From: Candidatus Poseidoniaceae archaeon
GTDB lineage: Archaea; Thermoplasmatota; Poseidoniia; Poseidoniales; Poseidoniaceae
Length of the DNA stretch: 64,000 nucleotides
Direction: 5' to 3'
Assembly: GCA_949373095.1 (NCBI GenBank)
Contig: CASIBY010000007.1
Location: forward strand, 20,087-84,086
The position numbers and the translations under genes are program-made. Below the pieces are notes generated by a model. The model had not been told where the DNA came from and did not search any database. It saw only the letters and a list, made by a program, of their open reading frames with translations. Shown here one piece after another: positions 38,698-49,142 of the stretch; the stretch's first letter is position 1; the number at the start of each line of letters is the position of its first letter.

Positions 38698-40935
38698 ATG
38701 GTCGCATGGAAGGAAGGCACTCGTAAGGACCCAAAGCCATGCCGAGAACAAGACCGTGGTAAATTCGAAGTAACCCAGAGAGATGGTCGCGCTCGCCTTG
38801 GTCGACTGCACACTGAACATGGAGTTCTAGAAACACCTGCACTTCTTCCCGTTGTCAATCCAAACATCCGAACCATTGAGCCACGAGAAATGTGGGACAA
38901 ATACGGCATTGGCGCTCTCATTACCAATTCATACATCATTTGGAAGCATGAAAACCTCAAAACCCAAGCGCAAGAAAACGGTGTTCACGCTTTGTTGAAT
39001 TTCCCCGGCGTAGTCATGACAGATTCGGGTACGTTTCAATCATACATCTACGGAGACGTTGAAGTCGGCGTGGAAGAAATCGTATTGTTCCAACGCTCTA
39101 TTGGTGTTGACATAGCAACGATGCTTGACGTGTTTTCCCGCCCTGACATGACCGAATCCGAAGTTGAGGAAGCCGTGCATGAGACGGTGAAAAGGGCAGA
39201 GGCAAGTATTGAGGCATCAGATGACACCATGCTCAACGGGCCAATTCAAGGTGGCGTATTCCGCAAACTACGCCAACTTTCAGCACAGTTGATGGCTCCC
39301 CATGAATTCTCAGTCCATCCAATAGGTGGCATTGTCCCTGTGATGGAACAACAGCGGTACAAGGATTATGCAAAAATCATGATGGCTACCCTTCCACATT
39401 TGCCACCAAACCGTCCGGTCCACATGTTTGGATGTGGCCACCCCATGCTGTTCCCGATGTCAATAGCCCTCGGGGCTGATTTGTTTGACTCCGCAGCATA
39501 TGCATTGTTTGCAAGAGATGGACGACTCCTCACCCCATGGGGAACCGAGCGGATTGACGATTTGGTCGATTGGCCCATGTTGATGCCCTGTGTTGCTATG
39601 CTGAGCCCGGCTGATGTACGAGCGATGTCTGCTTTAGAAAAAGAAAAGTGTCTTGCCCATTACAACCTTGAGGTTACGCTTGCGGAACTTGCCCGATGTA
39701 AACAGGCAGTCCGTGACGGTAAGATCTGGCAACTTGCTGAACAACGTAGCCATCAACACCCCGCTCTAAGAGAAGCCTTCCTCTGGTTGTCAACCCGGCC
39801 TGCCCTTAACAGCAATCAACGGCCTGACCTCTTCTACAACGATCGAGACGCTGCAAAAGACCTGAAAACCGACCGAGGAATGTGGGAAGATTCCTGGGAC
39901 TGGGTAGTTTGGAATCAACACACTCCAAGGACAGGCGGCGTCCAATGGTCCGGAGATGATACCTTCGTACGCCCGCACATTCAGAAAGCCCGTAGGGCAA
40001 TTCACACGCGTTGGACTTCGAGGGAGGAAACAAACTGTGCCTTCATATTCCATGGAATCAGAGGCCCATTTCGTGACCGGCTTATTGACCAATTTATTTG
40101 GCTTCAACATCATTTCCCTAACGTCCAAACCCTCATGCTAACACCCCTTGGATTGATACCCGTTGCTCTTGAAGATGTGAATCCGTTCGCTCATGTGAAT
40201 GCTCCGGATTGGGTACTCAACCATAGACCAGACGATTTGTGGATTCAACGAGAACTAGAACGACTCGGAATGGGAGATGCTCCATATGTATGCGTAGACG
40301 CAAAGGGTGATGGAATCAAGTCCCGTATGGAAACCGGACTTGAACAATTAAATTTGTCTTCAGAAAATCTTCATACTCCGATGAAGAACGAAGATAGAAA
40401 AAAGATTGATAGTATCTTGAATCAACATCAAGCCATTGAGAAAATGATGGTGATGTTAAACATGGATCGTGTCAGTTCAGAATCCGTCGCAGTGGGTTCA
40501 ACATTTGTAATTAATCGACAAGGACGAGTCAAGAACGTCTTGGATTCTGCTGGAGAACACATGCTAAGCCCAAGGTTGAGAGACGGTGGTCTTTCTCTGG
40601 CTAATGCAGGTGCGCTTCATTTATTCAGCAAGCGTACGGAACCTCTCCCAAATACGATGCCAATTTCTGAATGGAACGGTACGTCAGGAAACGGCCCGGC
40701 TTGCGTGATAGTGGCGAGTGATGCTGAGCCCTATGTTCGTCAAGGAAGAAATGTATTTCACGGATTCGTAATTGCTTGTGACCGATGGGTTCTCCCTGGG
40801 GAAGCGTGCCTCATTCTCAATGAATCTGGAGCTTTGTTAGGCCATGGGATTTCTCAGTGTAATGCCAATGAACTCAGCGTCTTTACCAAGGGAATTGCCG
40901 TTAAGACTCGGGGCGGAATTCTCGCAGAGGAATAA
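38698..40935 (+). CDS. tgtA: archaeosine tRNA-guanine transglycosylase (ArcTGT) with C-terminal PUA domain
   Basis: TGT catalytic core (…DGRARLGRLHTEHGVLETPALLPV…, Zn-binding Cys/His region) plus a C-terminal PUA-like region. A length of 745 aa. The N-terminal 20-25 residues may be an over-extension. Confidence 0.8.
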   Translation: MVAWKEGTRKDPKPCREQDRGKFEVTQRDGRARLGRLHTEHGVLETPALLPVVNPNIRTIEPREMWDKYGIGALITNSYIIWKHENLKTQAQENGVHALLNFPGVVMTDSGTFQSYIYGDVEVGVEEIVLFQRSIGVDIATMLDVFSRPDMTESEVEEAVHETVKRAEASIEASDDTMLNGPIQGGVFRKLRQLSAQLMAPHEFSVHPIGGIVPVMEQQRYKDYAKIMMATLPHLPPNRPVHMFGCGHPMLFPMSIALGADLFDSAAYALFARDGRLLTPWGTERIDDLVDWPMLMPCVAMLSPADVRAMSALEKEKCLAHYNLEVTLAELARCKQAVRDGKIWQLAEQRSHQHPALREAFLWLSTRPALNSNQRPDLFYNDRDAAKDLKTDRGMWEDSWDWVVWNQHTPRTGGVQWSGDDTFVRPHIQKARRAIHTRWTSREETNCAFIFHGIRGPFRDRLIDQFIWLQHHFPNVQTLMLTPLGLIPVALEDVNPFAHVNAPDWVLNHRPDDLWIQRELERLGMGDAPYVCVDAKGDGIKSRMETGLEQLNLSSENLHTPMKNEDRKKIDSILNQHQAIEKMMVMLNMDRVSSESVAVGSTFVINRQGRVKNVLDSAGEHMLSPRLRDGGLSLANAGALHLFSKRTEPLPNTMPISEWNGTSGNGPACVIVASDAEPYVRQGRNVFHGFVIACDRWVLPGEACLILNESGALLGHGISQCNANELSVFTKGIAVKTRGGILAEE

Positions 40936-41002
40936 GGCAACTCGTTCCCACGGAGGCAAAGGCTTCAAGGGTCGCCGTTTATCTCGTATTTCTGTGGCTC
41001 CT

Positions 41003-42013
41003 ATGGATGATGACCTCGTCATTCACAGCAAGGGCCTTACCAAATCTTACGGCCCCCATGTTGCACTGGATAACCTCAACCTCTCAGTCCCCCGAGGAGC
41101 GACCGCTCTTCTCGGACCAAATGGTGCAGGGAAATCTACGTTTTTGAAAACTATATTGGGGCTTATCCAAGCGACGTCTGGTGAAGCAACCGTTTTGGGC
41201 CTCGACATCAAAACACAGGGTGAGGCAATACGTTCTCGTATTGGTTACATGCCGGAATACGATGCGCTGAACCCAGAGATGGATGCGATTCATCAAGTGC
41301 GCTATTCGGGAGAACTCCTAGGCATGAATCCCGTTGTCGCCCTCAATCGCGCCCATGAAGCACTTCAGTTTGTTGGAATGGGGGAACAGCGTTACCGTGA
41401 AATCAAAAGTTTCTCAACCGGAATGAAGCAAGCAACAAAACTGGCTTGTGCCATCATCCACGACCCAGAGTTAATTATTGCTGACGAGCCTTCAAACGGC
41501 CTAGATGCTAAAACTCGGGAATTTATGATTTCAACATTGAATACTATGGTGAATGAAGGCCAACGCTCCGTGCTTATGGCAAGTCACTTGATGGAAGATG
41601 TGGAACGTGTATGCGAAAACATTGTGCTACTCCACAAGGGCAAACTGGCTGCACAAGGTAGAATTGAAGACCTCAAGGCGATTGATAAGGAAGTTGAAAT
41701 TCACGTGTGGGGAGGAGCGACCCGACTTGAGGAACTGCTTCGTGACCGGGGTTTCAAGGTACGTCGAGAAGGGCGTGTGATGCGTGTTGCAAATACCGAA
41801 GAACATACGACCACCCATATCCTCCAAGCAGCGAGCGAAGTCGGGGCACAAATTCGGAGAATGCATGAATACGAAGCGTCACTTGAAGACCTCTTTCTAG
41901 CCATCATGGAAAATCTTGGATATGAAGTGAAATCGAGTGATGACCTCTTATCATCTCCAATTGAAGCACGCCGAGTTGACGCTCCGGAATCTCTTGGCGG
42001 TGGTGCTGCATGA
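41003..42013 (+). CDS. ABC transporter ATP-binding protein (ABC-2 exporter type)
   Basis: Walker A GPNGAGKST, signature FSTGMKQ, Walker B IIADEP. The start was chosen at MDDDLVIHSKG (the ORF-track start at 40844 overlaps tgtA). Confidence 0.8.
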   Translation: MDDDLVIHSKGLTKSYGPHVALDNLNLSVPRGATALLGPNGAGKSTFLKTILGLIQATSGEATVLGLDIKTQGEAIRSRIGYMPEYDALNPEMDAIHQVRYSGELLGMNPVVALNRAHEALQFVGMGEQRYREIKSFSTGMKQATKLACAIIHDPELIIADEPSNGLDAKTREFMISTLNTMVNEGQRSVLMASHLMEDVERVCENIVLLHKGKLAAQGRIEDLKAIDKEVEIHVWGGATRLEELLRDRGFKVRREGRVMRVANTEEHTTTHILQAASEVGAQIRRMHEYEASLEDLFLAIMENLGYEVKSSDDLLSSPIEARRVDAPESLGGGAA

Positions 42014-43026
42014 GTGACGAGCCAGTCAACGAGGCAGAAGCCCCAATTACCGGCCAGGGACGAATGGATGTCGCATGGGGATCTGATAGTGGGGACGAGG
42101 TTGATGTCGCTCAAACGAGTGCTCAAACAGCCCATGGAGGAGAAATTTTTGAACAAAAGTACACCACTTGGAACGGAACGCTCAATCCACGATGGATGAG
42201 AAACTGGGCCATACTGAGGCACCACCTTCTTGGCATCTTCAAAAAAGGGCACCGTCCATGGTCCATGCCAACACGAATTTTTATTCTCATCGCCTTTATT
42301 GGATCGTTAACTGATGCCGCATTTACACTGTTATCCAGCCTCATTGGAAGTGCAGAATTCCACTCATTGTTTGGCGTGAGCCGAGATAACTTGTACGGGC
42401 ACGTACTGGGATTCTTCCCTAGAAATGTCCTGTTTTACCCACTCGTGGCTGCTCTTTTAGTGGGGAGTGTAATTTCAGAAGACCGACAACATGGTACCTC
42501 AGCACTGTACTTCTCTCGACCTGTTTCAAGGTTTGATTATATTGGAATGAAGTACCTCTCGGTTGCGTTGATTCAAGCCCTTGTTATCTTGTTGACCTAC
42601 ATGTTGTATTTCATGGCGGAGATATTAGCATTCGGAAGAGGATGGGCATGGATGGTTGATGTATTCCCAATGTTTCTTTCTGGATTCATTGCTGGAATAA
42701 TCCTCATTATCACCTACACGAGTATTGGACTGGCACTCTCCAGTGTATCACAAGGGAAATTTTTCCCAGGCATTGGACTTATTGCTATCATCTTTGGTTC
42801 CAAGACCTTGGCCTCTATTGTCAAGAACCTCTTTGAACGGGAAATTCTGTATCTTCTTTCCCCATATGATTGTGTAGCACATGTTGGTCAAGCCATAATC
42901 GGGACACAACAAACCTACGACCAGTACCCTTGGACGTATTCCTTGGTAGCACTCGTTGTAATGAATTCTATCGCTCTGTACATTTTGTCATCCAGAGTAT
43001 CATCAATGGAGGTGACCCGTGAATGA
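42010..43026 (+). CDS. ABC-2 family transporter permease
   Basis: About six TM helices. Coupled by 4-bp overlaps to the flanking ATPase genes. Confidence 0.6.
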   Translation: MSDEPVNEAEAPITGQGRMDVAWGSDSGDEVDVAQTSAQTAHGGEIFEQKYTTWNGTLNPRWMRNWAILRHHLLGIFKKGHRPWSMPTRIFILIAFIGSLTDAAFTLLSSLIGSAEFHSLFGVSRDNLYGHVLGFFPRNVLFYPLVAALLVGSVISEDRQHGTSALYFSRPVSRFDYIGMKYLSVALIQALVILLTYMLYFMAEILAFGRGWAWMVDVFPMFLSGFIAGIILIITYTSIGLALSSVSQGKFFPGIGLIAIIFGSKTLASIVKNLFEREILYLLSPYDCVAHVGQAIIGTQQTYDQYPWTYSLVALVVMNSIALYILSSRVSSMEVTRE

Positions 43027-44012
43027 TACCAGACCCAACACAAGAAGGCAAGGGTCAAACTCAAGATTGGAAGCCCGATGTTGATATGCCCGTCGTATAT
43101 TTCCAGAGTGTTTCAAAATCATACGGCCGAATCCATGCACTGAGCAACATAACTCTTGGACTCAGTGGAGGAGTCACAGGAATCTTGGGAATGAATGGTG
43201 CCGGCAAATCCACCCTGCTTAAGCTCCTCATGGGGAAATTGAAACCTTCTGCCGGAGAAATACGTCTTTTTGGCACTGACCCTTGGAAAAACCCTGCACC
43301 CTATGCAAAGGTAGGATTTGTCCCTGAGCATGAAAAGATGCACGATTGGATGACTGCTCTTGACTTCGTAAGCACCTTTGCTCGTCTGCACGGAATGACC
43401 CGGGACCAAGCAAATACTGAAGCAGCCAGAGTTCTAGATTTCGTCGGTTTATCTGATGTGGCCAACAAACAAATTGGAAAGTTTTCCAAAGGAATGCGGC
43501 AGCGAGCAAAAATTGCTCACGCCTTGGTCAATGACCCTGAACTGATCATATTGGACGAGCCTCTACAAGGTTGTGACCCTCTGGCCCGAACTACGGTGAT
43601 GAACGTCATTCGTGAACTTGGTAAAATGGGGCGCACGGTCCTTGTCAGCAGTCATATTCTCAACGAGATTGAACGCATTACGGAACAGATCGTCATCCTT
43701 CACCAAGGCAAACTTGTAGCACTTGGAAACCTTCATGCCATACGTGAACGTTTGGATGAAATCCCACATACCATCCGAATCGTTGGAAAGGATGCTCGCT
43801 CACTCGCCAAAGATATTCTTGAGCATCCCGCAGTCTTTGGATTAAGCTTCCCAAGCGATACAGAACTACTGATTCAGACCTATCATTTTGGTTCTTTTCA
43901 TTCTGAACTGCCTGGGTTAATTGTAAACAACGGTCATGAAGTCTCGCTCATCGACAACCCTGACGATGATTTAGAATCGTTACTCGGACACCTTACTGGA
44001 GGCGGAGCATGA
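43023..44012 (+). CDS. ABC transporter ATP-binding protein (second copy)
   Basis: Walker A GMNGAGKST, signature FSKGMRQR, Walker B ILDEP. Confidence 0.8.
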   Translation: MIPDPTQEGKGQTQDWKPDVDMPVVYFQSVSKSYGRIHALSNITLGLSGGVTGILGMNGAGKSTLLKLLMGKLKPSAGEIRLFGTDPWKNPAPYAKVGFVPEHEKMHDWMTALDFVSTFARLHGMTRDQANTEAARVLDFVGLSDVANKQIGKFSKGMRQRAKIAHALVNDPELIILDEPLQGCDPLARTTVMNVIRELGKMGRTVLVSSHILNEIERITEQIVILHQGKLVALGNLHAIRERLDEIPHTIRIVGKDARSLAKDILEHPAVFGLSFPSDTELLIQTYHFGSFHSELPGLIVNNGHEVSLIDNPDDDLESLLGHLTGGGA

Positions 44013-45313
44013 GCGACAAGCCTACCATTTGGCGTGCCCTGGACCGGAAGGCAATGGCTGTAGCAGAGTTTACCCTGCGGCAGCAGCGAAAACGTTTGTC
44101 CACCTGGGTTGTAATGGGTGTTGGCTTTATTGCAATGGCCGTACTAACGATGTTTTACATCGATTCAATGATGCGAGAATATGATGCCATTGACAACGAT
44201 GGAGATTCAAGAGATTTTGACATGGATGGATATCCTAATGGCCAAGAGAATCTCTACGGAACCGACATCCTCGATTCAGAATCACATCCAGGATTACTCA
44301 ACCCGCCCGTTGCCCCAGATGACCCTTCAAAATGGATCAATGAAGACGGATTTGACATTGAATCACTTTCGGAAGGGAGTTATGGATACGACGATGATGG
44401 AGACTGTCGGACGGAAGAAAAAACAGCCTCACAACAGGATACAAACAACAATAATATCCCTTGTGACGTTCAGATTTACACCGAATCATACTCAAACAAT
44501 TTCCGCATAAACGGAGATAATGATGTCGACGAAGACCCCGATGAAGATGCCTATGCGAAAGAATCGATCCACAGAGCGTTCGTATTAGCACTCGGCAAAT
44601 TCGGATTTGTGTTCCTCATTGGAATCTTTGTCCCCTTATTCATGGCGACTGGACTCATTCGTGATGAGATGTCTTCAGGGACCATGCATTACATGCTCTC
44701 AAAACCCATTGCTCGTTCTGAAGTATTCCTCTACAGAATATTAGGATTCCTTGGTTTGGCTTGGCCGTATATGACGGGCATGGTCGTCCTTGCTGCATTA
44801 GTAACTGGATTTTTCGGGCCAAGTGACGGCTTCTTTAGATTCGGTGACCTTGGAGTTTGGATGGCTGTCCTACTTGCATCATTACTCTCTTTGCTTGTTT
44901 ACGCCATGCTATTTTGTTTACTCGGAGTACTGTGGAAACACGGCATCATTCTCGCACTACCGTTTGCTGCATGGGAATTAGGTATGATCCTCACAACCTT
45001 AGGCGCACCGGATGCTGCAATACTCCGGTTTTCGGTTATTGGTTGGGCCATGAACATTGTTGATGCAGGTGCCGCCCTAACGTGGACGGATACTTCACTC
45101 TTAGTCGCCCTCGGACTTTGGGCTGGAGGCAATACCAGCGGAGGGTCAGAACCCCTTACTGGTTCGCTAGCATTGGAAATTTTTGCGTCCGATTCAGGGT
45201 TGGGAATGACTCCCCTAGTAACGATTATTGTGTCGGTTTGTGTCATGCTCATTCAGGCAGCAACATTCTGGTTTATTGGCGGAGCATTGTTCAAATCAAA
45301 AGAAATTGATTGA
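44009..45313 (+). CDS. ABC-2-like permease with a large Asp-rich (TSP3-like Ca-binding) extracytoplasmic insert
   Basis: An N-terminal TM helix. DNDGDSRDFDMDGYPNG… and DDDGDCRTEE… acidic repeats. A C-terminal multi-TM region. Confidence 0.55.
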   Translation: MSDKPTIWRALDRKAMAVAEFTLRQQRKRLSTWVVMGVGFIAMAVLTMFYIDSMMREYDAIDNDGDSRDFDMDGYPNGQENLYGTDILDSESHPGLLNPPVAPDDPSKWINEDGFDIESLSEGSYGYDDDGDCRTEEKTASQQDTNNNNIPCDVQIYTESYSNNFRINGDNDVDEDPDEDAYAKESIHRAFVLALGKFGFVFLIGIFVPLFMATGLIRDEMSSGTMHYMLSKPIARSEVFLYRILGFLGLAWPYMTGMVVLAALVTGFFGPSDGFFRFGDLGVWMAVLLASLLSLLVYAMLFCLLGVLWKHGIILALPFAAWELGMILTTLGAPDAAILRFSVIGWAMNIVDAGAALTWTDTSLLVALGLWAGGNTSGGSEPLTGSLALEIFASDSGLGMTPLVTIIVSVCVMLIQAATFWFIGGALFKSKEID

Positions 45314-45322
45314 GGCGGGGTT

Positions 45323-46531
45323 ATGGAATCAAAACCTTCAGTTCCGCCTATCTTCGGGGGAGACTTCTCAACAATGTGGGCCCTTGGGCAGAGAAAACCA
45401 TTGTGGCACCTGACATGGGATTGGTGGTGGTGGCTTGTGATGTTGGACGACCCCAACGGAAATCCAAGCGGGCGCCAACTCATGGTCTTATGGTCAACCA
45501 AAGACAATGATTTGGTCGACGTCAATGGAAAAGAATGGACTCCTAAAGGCAGACCAGGATTTGATGAACACGATGGCATGACCATTGACGGAATGGTCTG
45601 TGCTTGGTGGTTTGATGGAACCCGAATGCATGAACCCTACATCAAACGGATTTGCAGAATGATTGCACTCAAGGACACACACCCTGCTTGGCCGGGAAAG
45701 GGTCTCGGTAACGGTGGGGGCGCAGTTGTGCCGTTGCTGGGGGAGGATTTGTCAATGGGACTTACAAGCGATATGACAAAATTCTGGTTGGAGTTGAAAG
45801 GAGATAAAGAGGCTGTTAACAACGGTGCTCCAGCCGACATATCCCTTCAGTTCACTCCTTGGAACCCAGCCATGTCGGTAGCGCGACCCTCAACCGCAAC
45901 CTACGCAGCCAATATGGGCTATGACATTCTTCGAGTTCACGGCACAAAGGTCAAAGGTACCGTTGCTGGTGAAGATGTGAAGGGAAGTGCATACTTCCAA
46001 AAAGTGTGTGTTCAAGCCCCCTCACCTCCGTGGTATTGGGGTGTTTTACACTTTGAAGATGGCTCATATTTGGATTGGTTTTTGCCTCATCTTGCACCAA
46101 CTATCACCGCTCGAAACCCAAGGCCGTGGAAACGTCGGGACATCCAGCACATCGGGCTCTCGCAAGGTGGTTTGTTCCATGATGCACAAAATCAACGAAC
46201 TGAACGCTTTGCAAGAGTTGAAGTCATCAAGACCGTATCACGCAGAGTTGAAGGGAATCATGGACAAAGTCCTGGCTCTCCCTTACCTGAGTTTTCGGTT
46301 CGAATGTGGAATGGTCGCACCTCGGTTCAATTCAGGGTTGAAGCAGTTGACCGAGCTCACTGGCATTTTGACCAACCCACTCGTGGTGGGCTTTGGTCAC
46401 ATCTCACGTATAACGAATATCCGCTTGAACTAAAAAAGTTGGAAATCAAAGATGAATTTGGTCAACGCACACGCAAGGATTACGGCTGGGCAAGAGGAAA
46501 CGCTGAGCACAGTTGGGGCCTCCTTCATTGA
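45323..46531 (+). CDS. hypothetical Trp-rich protein (possibly CrtC/AttH-like lipocalin-fold family)
   Basis: 402 aa with many W and WxW motifs (TWDWWWWL, AWWFDG, PPWYWGV). The family assignment is tentative. Confidence 0.3.
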   Translation: MESKPSVPPIFGGDFSTMWALGQRKPLWHLTWDWWWWLVMLDDPNGNPSGRQLMVLWSTKDNDLVDVNGKEWTPKGRPGFDEHDGMTIDGMVCAWWFDGTRMHEPYIKRICRMIALKDTHPAWPGKGLGNGGGAVVPLLGEDLSMGLTSDMTKFWLELKGDKEAVNNGAPADISLQFTPWNPAMSVARPSTATYAANMGYDILRVHGTKVKGTVAGEDVKGSAYFQKVCVQAPSPPWYWGVLHFEDGSYLDWFLPHLAPTITARNPRPWKRRDIQHIGLSQGGLFHDAQNQRTERFARVEVIKTVSRRVEGNHGQSPGSPLPEFSVRMWNGRTSVQFRVEAVDRAHWHFDQPTRGGLWSHLTYNEYPLELKKLEIKDEFGQRTRKDYGWARGNAEHSWGLLH

Positions 46532-46598
46532 ATTTTAAGCCTCAAACGGGGTAAGGTATTTGTCATAAGTGATTCTAACCTAGAATAGAGGCCTTGAT

Positions 46599-47636
46599 AT
46601 GTCCGAAGATTCACCGGCACCCGAAAAAGACGAAAAGACCGAGGCAACAACCCTCGAATCTTCAGAAGACGCTCGTATGGAAGCCCAAAACAAAAAGTAC
46701 AGATTGATTTCTGGAGAAACCGTTTTGGAAAACGGGGAAGCACGTCCAAGCACACTTGCATTCTTGGGTATGTACTTCATCGGGTTGCTGGTATTCGGCG
46801 TCCACATTCTATTCAGCAATCCCCCCGAAGCAAGCGGAAATGCCTCATTTGGAGTTAAGCTCCTCAGCACAATTCTTGAACTTTCATCTGGAGAGGACCT
46901 TCCAATAGGATTTGTCATCGTCATGGGTGGAATCACATGGCTCAATCGGATGCTCAACCTATCAACCTCTGGCCGGTGGACAACAATTGCTCTCCTCGCA
47001 ATCACACTCGCACCGGTTGTTGTTCAAATTGACCAACTTGTGGCCACAATTGCGAACATCTTCCTGGCGGAAAACATGGAACCCTTCATTCCAATTGATT
47101 ACAGTTACTTTTGGTTTGGAATTGTCTTCACACTTGGATTCTGGGGAGCCACTTGGTTTTACCAGCGCAGTTTTTCCTACGCTGTAACCACGAATGCCGT
47201 GATTTTCCAACATTCGTTTATGCTTTCTCGATCCCACCGACGCATTCTCTTTGACCGTATTTCTGAGATCATGGTCGAACGAACCCCCATGGGTACAATG
47301 CTTGGATATGCCACGGTAACGATAATGACGGATTCTGGAATAGGCCTTGTGGACGAAACCGTCGGCATCAGCGCAGGCACAGCAGCTGGTGGTTCACCCG
47401 ATAATGCCGGCGACTCAAGTGCAACCAAAGTCCGAAAAAGCTTGTTCAAGCGTGTTTTTGCATTCCTCAGTTACCAGCGTACATCTCGTCGTGTTGACCC
47501 AGATCCAAAGCATTGCTTTTACAAAATCCGCAAGTGGGATAATGTGAAATTGATGCTCAACGAGATGCATAAGAAACATTCCTCATCCAACCTTCTTGAA
47601 GACCTGAAGAGCGCCATCACTAACGAAGACGCTTGA
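46599..47636 (+). CDS. membrane protein with bacterial PH-like (bPH_2/YdbT-like, DUF304) domain
   Basis: TM pairs followed by …FYQRSFSYAVTTNAVIFQHSFMLSRSHRRILFDRISEIMVERTPMG…TIMTDSG, which is the bPH_2 pattern. Confidence 0.5.
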   Translation: MSEDSPAPEKDEKTEATTLESSEDARMEAQNKKYRLISGETVLENGEARPSTLAFLGMYFIGLLVFGVHILFSNPPEASGNASFGVKLLSTILELSSGEDLPIGFVIVMGGITWLNRMLNLSTSGRWTTIALLAITLAPVVVQIDQLVATIANIFLAENMEPFIPIDYSYFWFGIVFTLGFWGATWFYQRSFSYAVTTNAVIFQHSFMLSRSHRRILFDRISEIMVERTPMGTMLGYATVTIMTDSGIGLVDETVGISAGTAAGGSPDNAGDSSATKVRKSLFKRVFAFLSYQRTSRRVDPDPKHCFYKIRKWDNVKLMLNEMHKKHSSSNLLEDLKSAITNEDA

Positions 47637-47686
47637 ATGCTTCAAGCGAGGCTTGAAAAGTACTGTGCCCTACGCAGGGCCACGAG

Positions 47687-48214
47687 ATGGTTAAGATGTC
47701 AGAAGAATTACTCCAAGGCCCCATTGAAATGTTCAGTAACGGTGACCTTGATGGTGCGCTTGCGGACTTAGAATTGAAAATTAAAGACCATGCTGACGTT
47801 CCAGAACTCCACCACATGTGGGCTGAGTTTGCAAACATGAAAAATACTGAAGCACAAGACGATGTCATCGCTGGCCGTAAAATCATGAAAGCATACAAAA
47901 CCGCAATGGATCTTGATGAAGAAAACATGGAATACATCGCAGACTTCGCCTCCTTTGCCCTTGAATGCCGCCGAATCCCGGTTGCGGTTAAGGAATTTCA
48001 ACGCTATGCACGACGCCTAGACCTCGAAGACATTCCCGTAGATGAAATCCTTTTCACTGCAAGCCGAAATCTTGTTGACGCTATTGAAGTCATGGACCCT
48101 TCCCGGAAGAACGCTATGGTCCAACCTTGGCTCAAGCAGGCTCTTCAATGGGCAGTTGGGGCCCTTGGCTATTCCATTGAGGACGCTATTGAAACCCTAG
48201 GCTCTGAAGACTGA
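47687..48214 (+). CDS. hypothetical protein
   Basis: A 175-aa soluble helical protein immediately upstream of truA (stop/start overlap). Confidence 0.35.
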   Translation: MVKMSEELLQGPIEMFSNGDLDGALADLELKIKDHADVPELHHMWAEFANMKNTEAQDDVIAGRKIMKAYKTAMDLDEENMEYIADFASFALECRRIPVAVKEFQRYARRLDLEDIPVDEILFTASRNLVDAIEVMDPSRKNAMVQPWLKQALQWAVGALGYSIEDAIETLGSED

Positions 48215-48215
48215 G

Positions 48216-49142
48216 GTGCTAAAGGTGGCCTCCACGGTTCGCCTCTTTTTTCGTATCGGGTATCTTGGAGATGCCTTCCACGGTAGCCAAATCCAACCTG
48301 ATGTTCGAACCGTTCAAGGCGAATTGATTAATGTATTTCGTTCCCTCAAATGGTTGGATAAGGACAATGAGGAGCATCTTCTTGTGCTATCAAGCCGAAC
48401 AGACGCTGGTGTTCATGTTCGAGTGAACGGAGGAATTGTGACCATTGAAAGGGAACTTTGGAATGCCATTACTCCCAAGAAAATGATACGGGCAATTGAC
48501 GACCGTTTGGACAAAAACATTGCATTTCTAACCGTAGAAGAAGTTGAAGAAGATTGGAATCCTCGTATGGCGGCTTTCCGAGTTTACAGATATAGGCTGG
48601 AGGGAATGGAATTTTGGAAAGCCCCTGATGTAGAGAAGTTTAATTCATGGCTTCAGTGTTTTGTGGGGACCTATGATGCACGAAATTTTGCTCGCTTGGA
48701 AGAAGGGAAAAATCCGATGCGGACCATTCTCAAGGCCGAACCTTGGATTGAAAACGGACGCTTGATCGGTTTTGAATTGACTGGAGAGGCATTTTTGTGG
48801 AATCAAGTGAGACGGACTGCGAATGCCCTCTTTCGATTGGCTATCGGAGAATTGGCCCTTGAACAAATTACTGAGGCCATAGAAGAACCGATGAAGCCCG
48901 TTGATTTTGGCGTCGCACCACCCGAATGGCTTGTGTTGTGGGGAGTCTCATGGGAGGAATTCCCACTTCCCGAATCGAGTCACAGTACTTCTTTTTCTGC
49001 TCCACCGACTGGAAGAACTGCTGAGAGAACACGCCGTTCTCGGTGGCAGTGTGCTGCGCAGCATGAGGTCAAGACTATGCTCTACAGTGAATGGGCAACG
49101 ATTGGGAACCTTCCGTTAAGTTATCACAACTCACGGGAGTGA
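48216..49142 (+). CDS. truA: tRNA pseudouridine(38-40) synthase
   Basis: …GYLGDAFHGSQIQPDVRTVQGEL…SRTDAGVHV… (catalytic Asp motif). GTG start. Confidence 0.75.
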   Translation: MLKVASTVRLFFRIGYLGDAFHGSQIQPDVRTVQGELINVFRSLKWLDKDNEEHLLVLSSRTDAGVHVRVNGGIVTIERELWNAITPKKMIRAIDDRLDKNIAFLTVEEVEEDWNPRMAAFRVYRYRLEGMEFWKAPDVEKFNSWLQCFVGTYDARNFARLEEGKNPMRTILKAEPWIENGRLIGFELTGEAFLWNQVRRTANALFRLAIGELALEQITEAIEEPMKPVDFGVAPPEWLVLWGVSWEEFPLPESSHSTSFSAPPTGRTAERTRRSRWQCAAQHEVKTMLYSEWATIGNLPLSYHNSRE

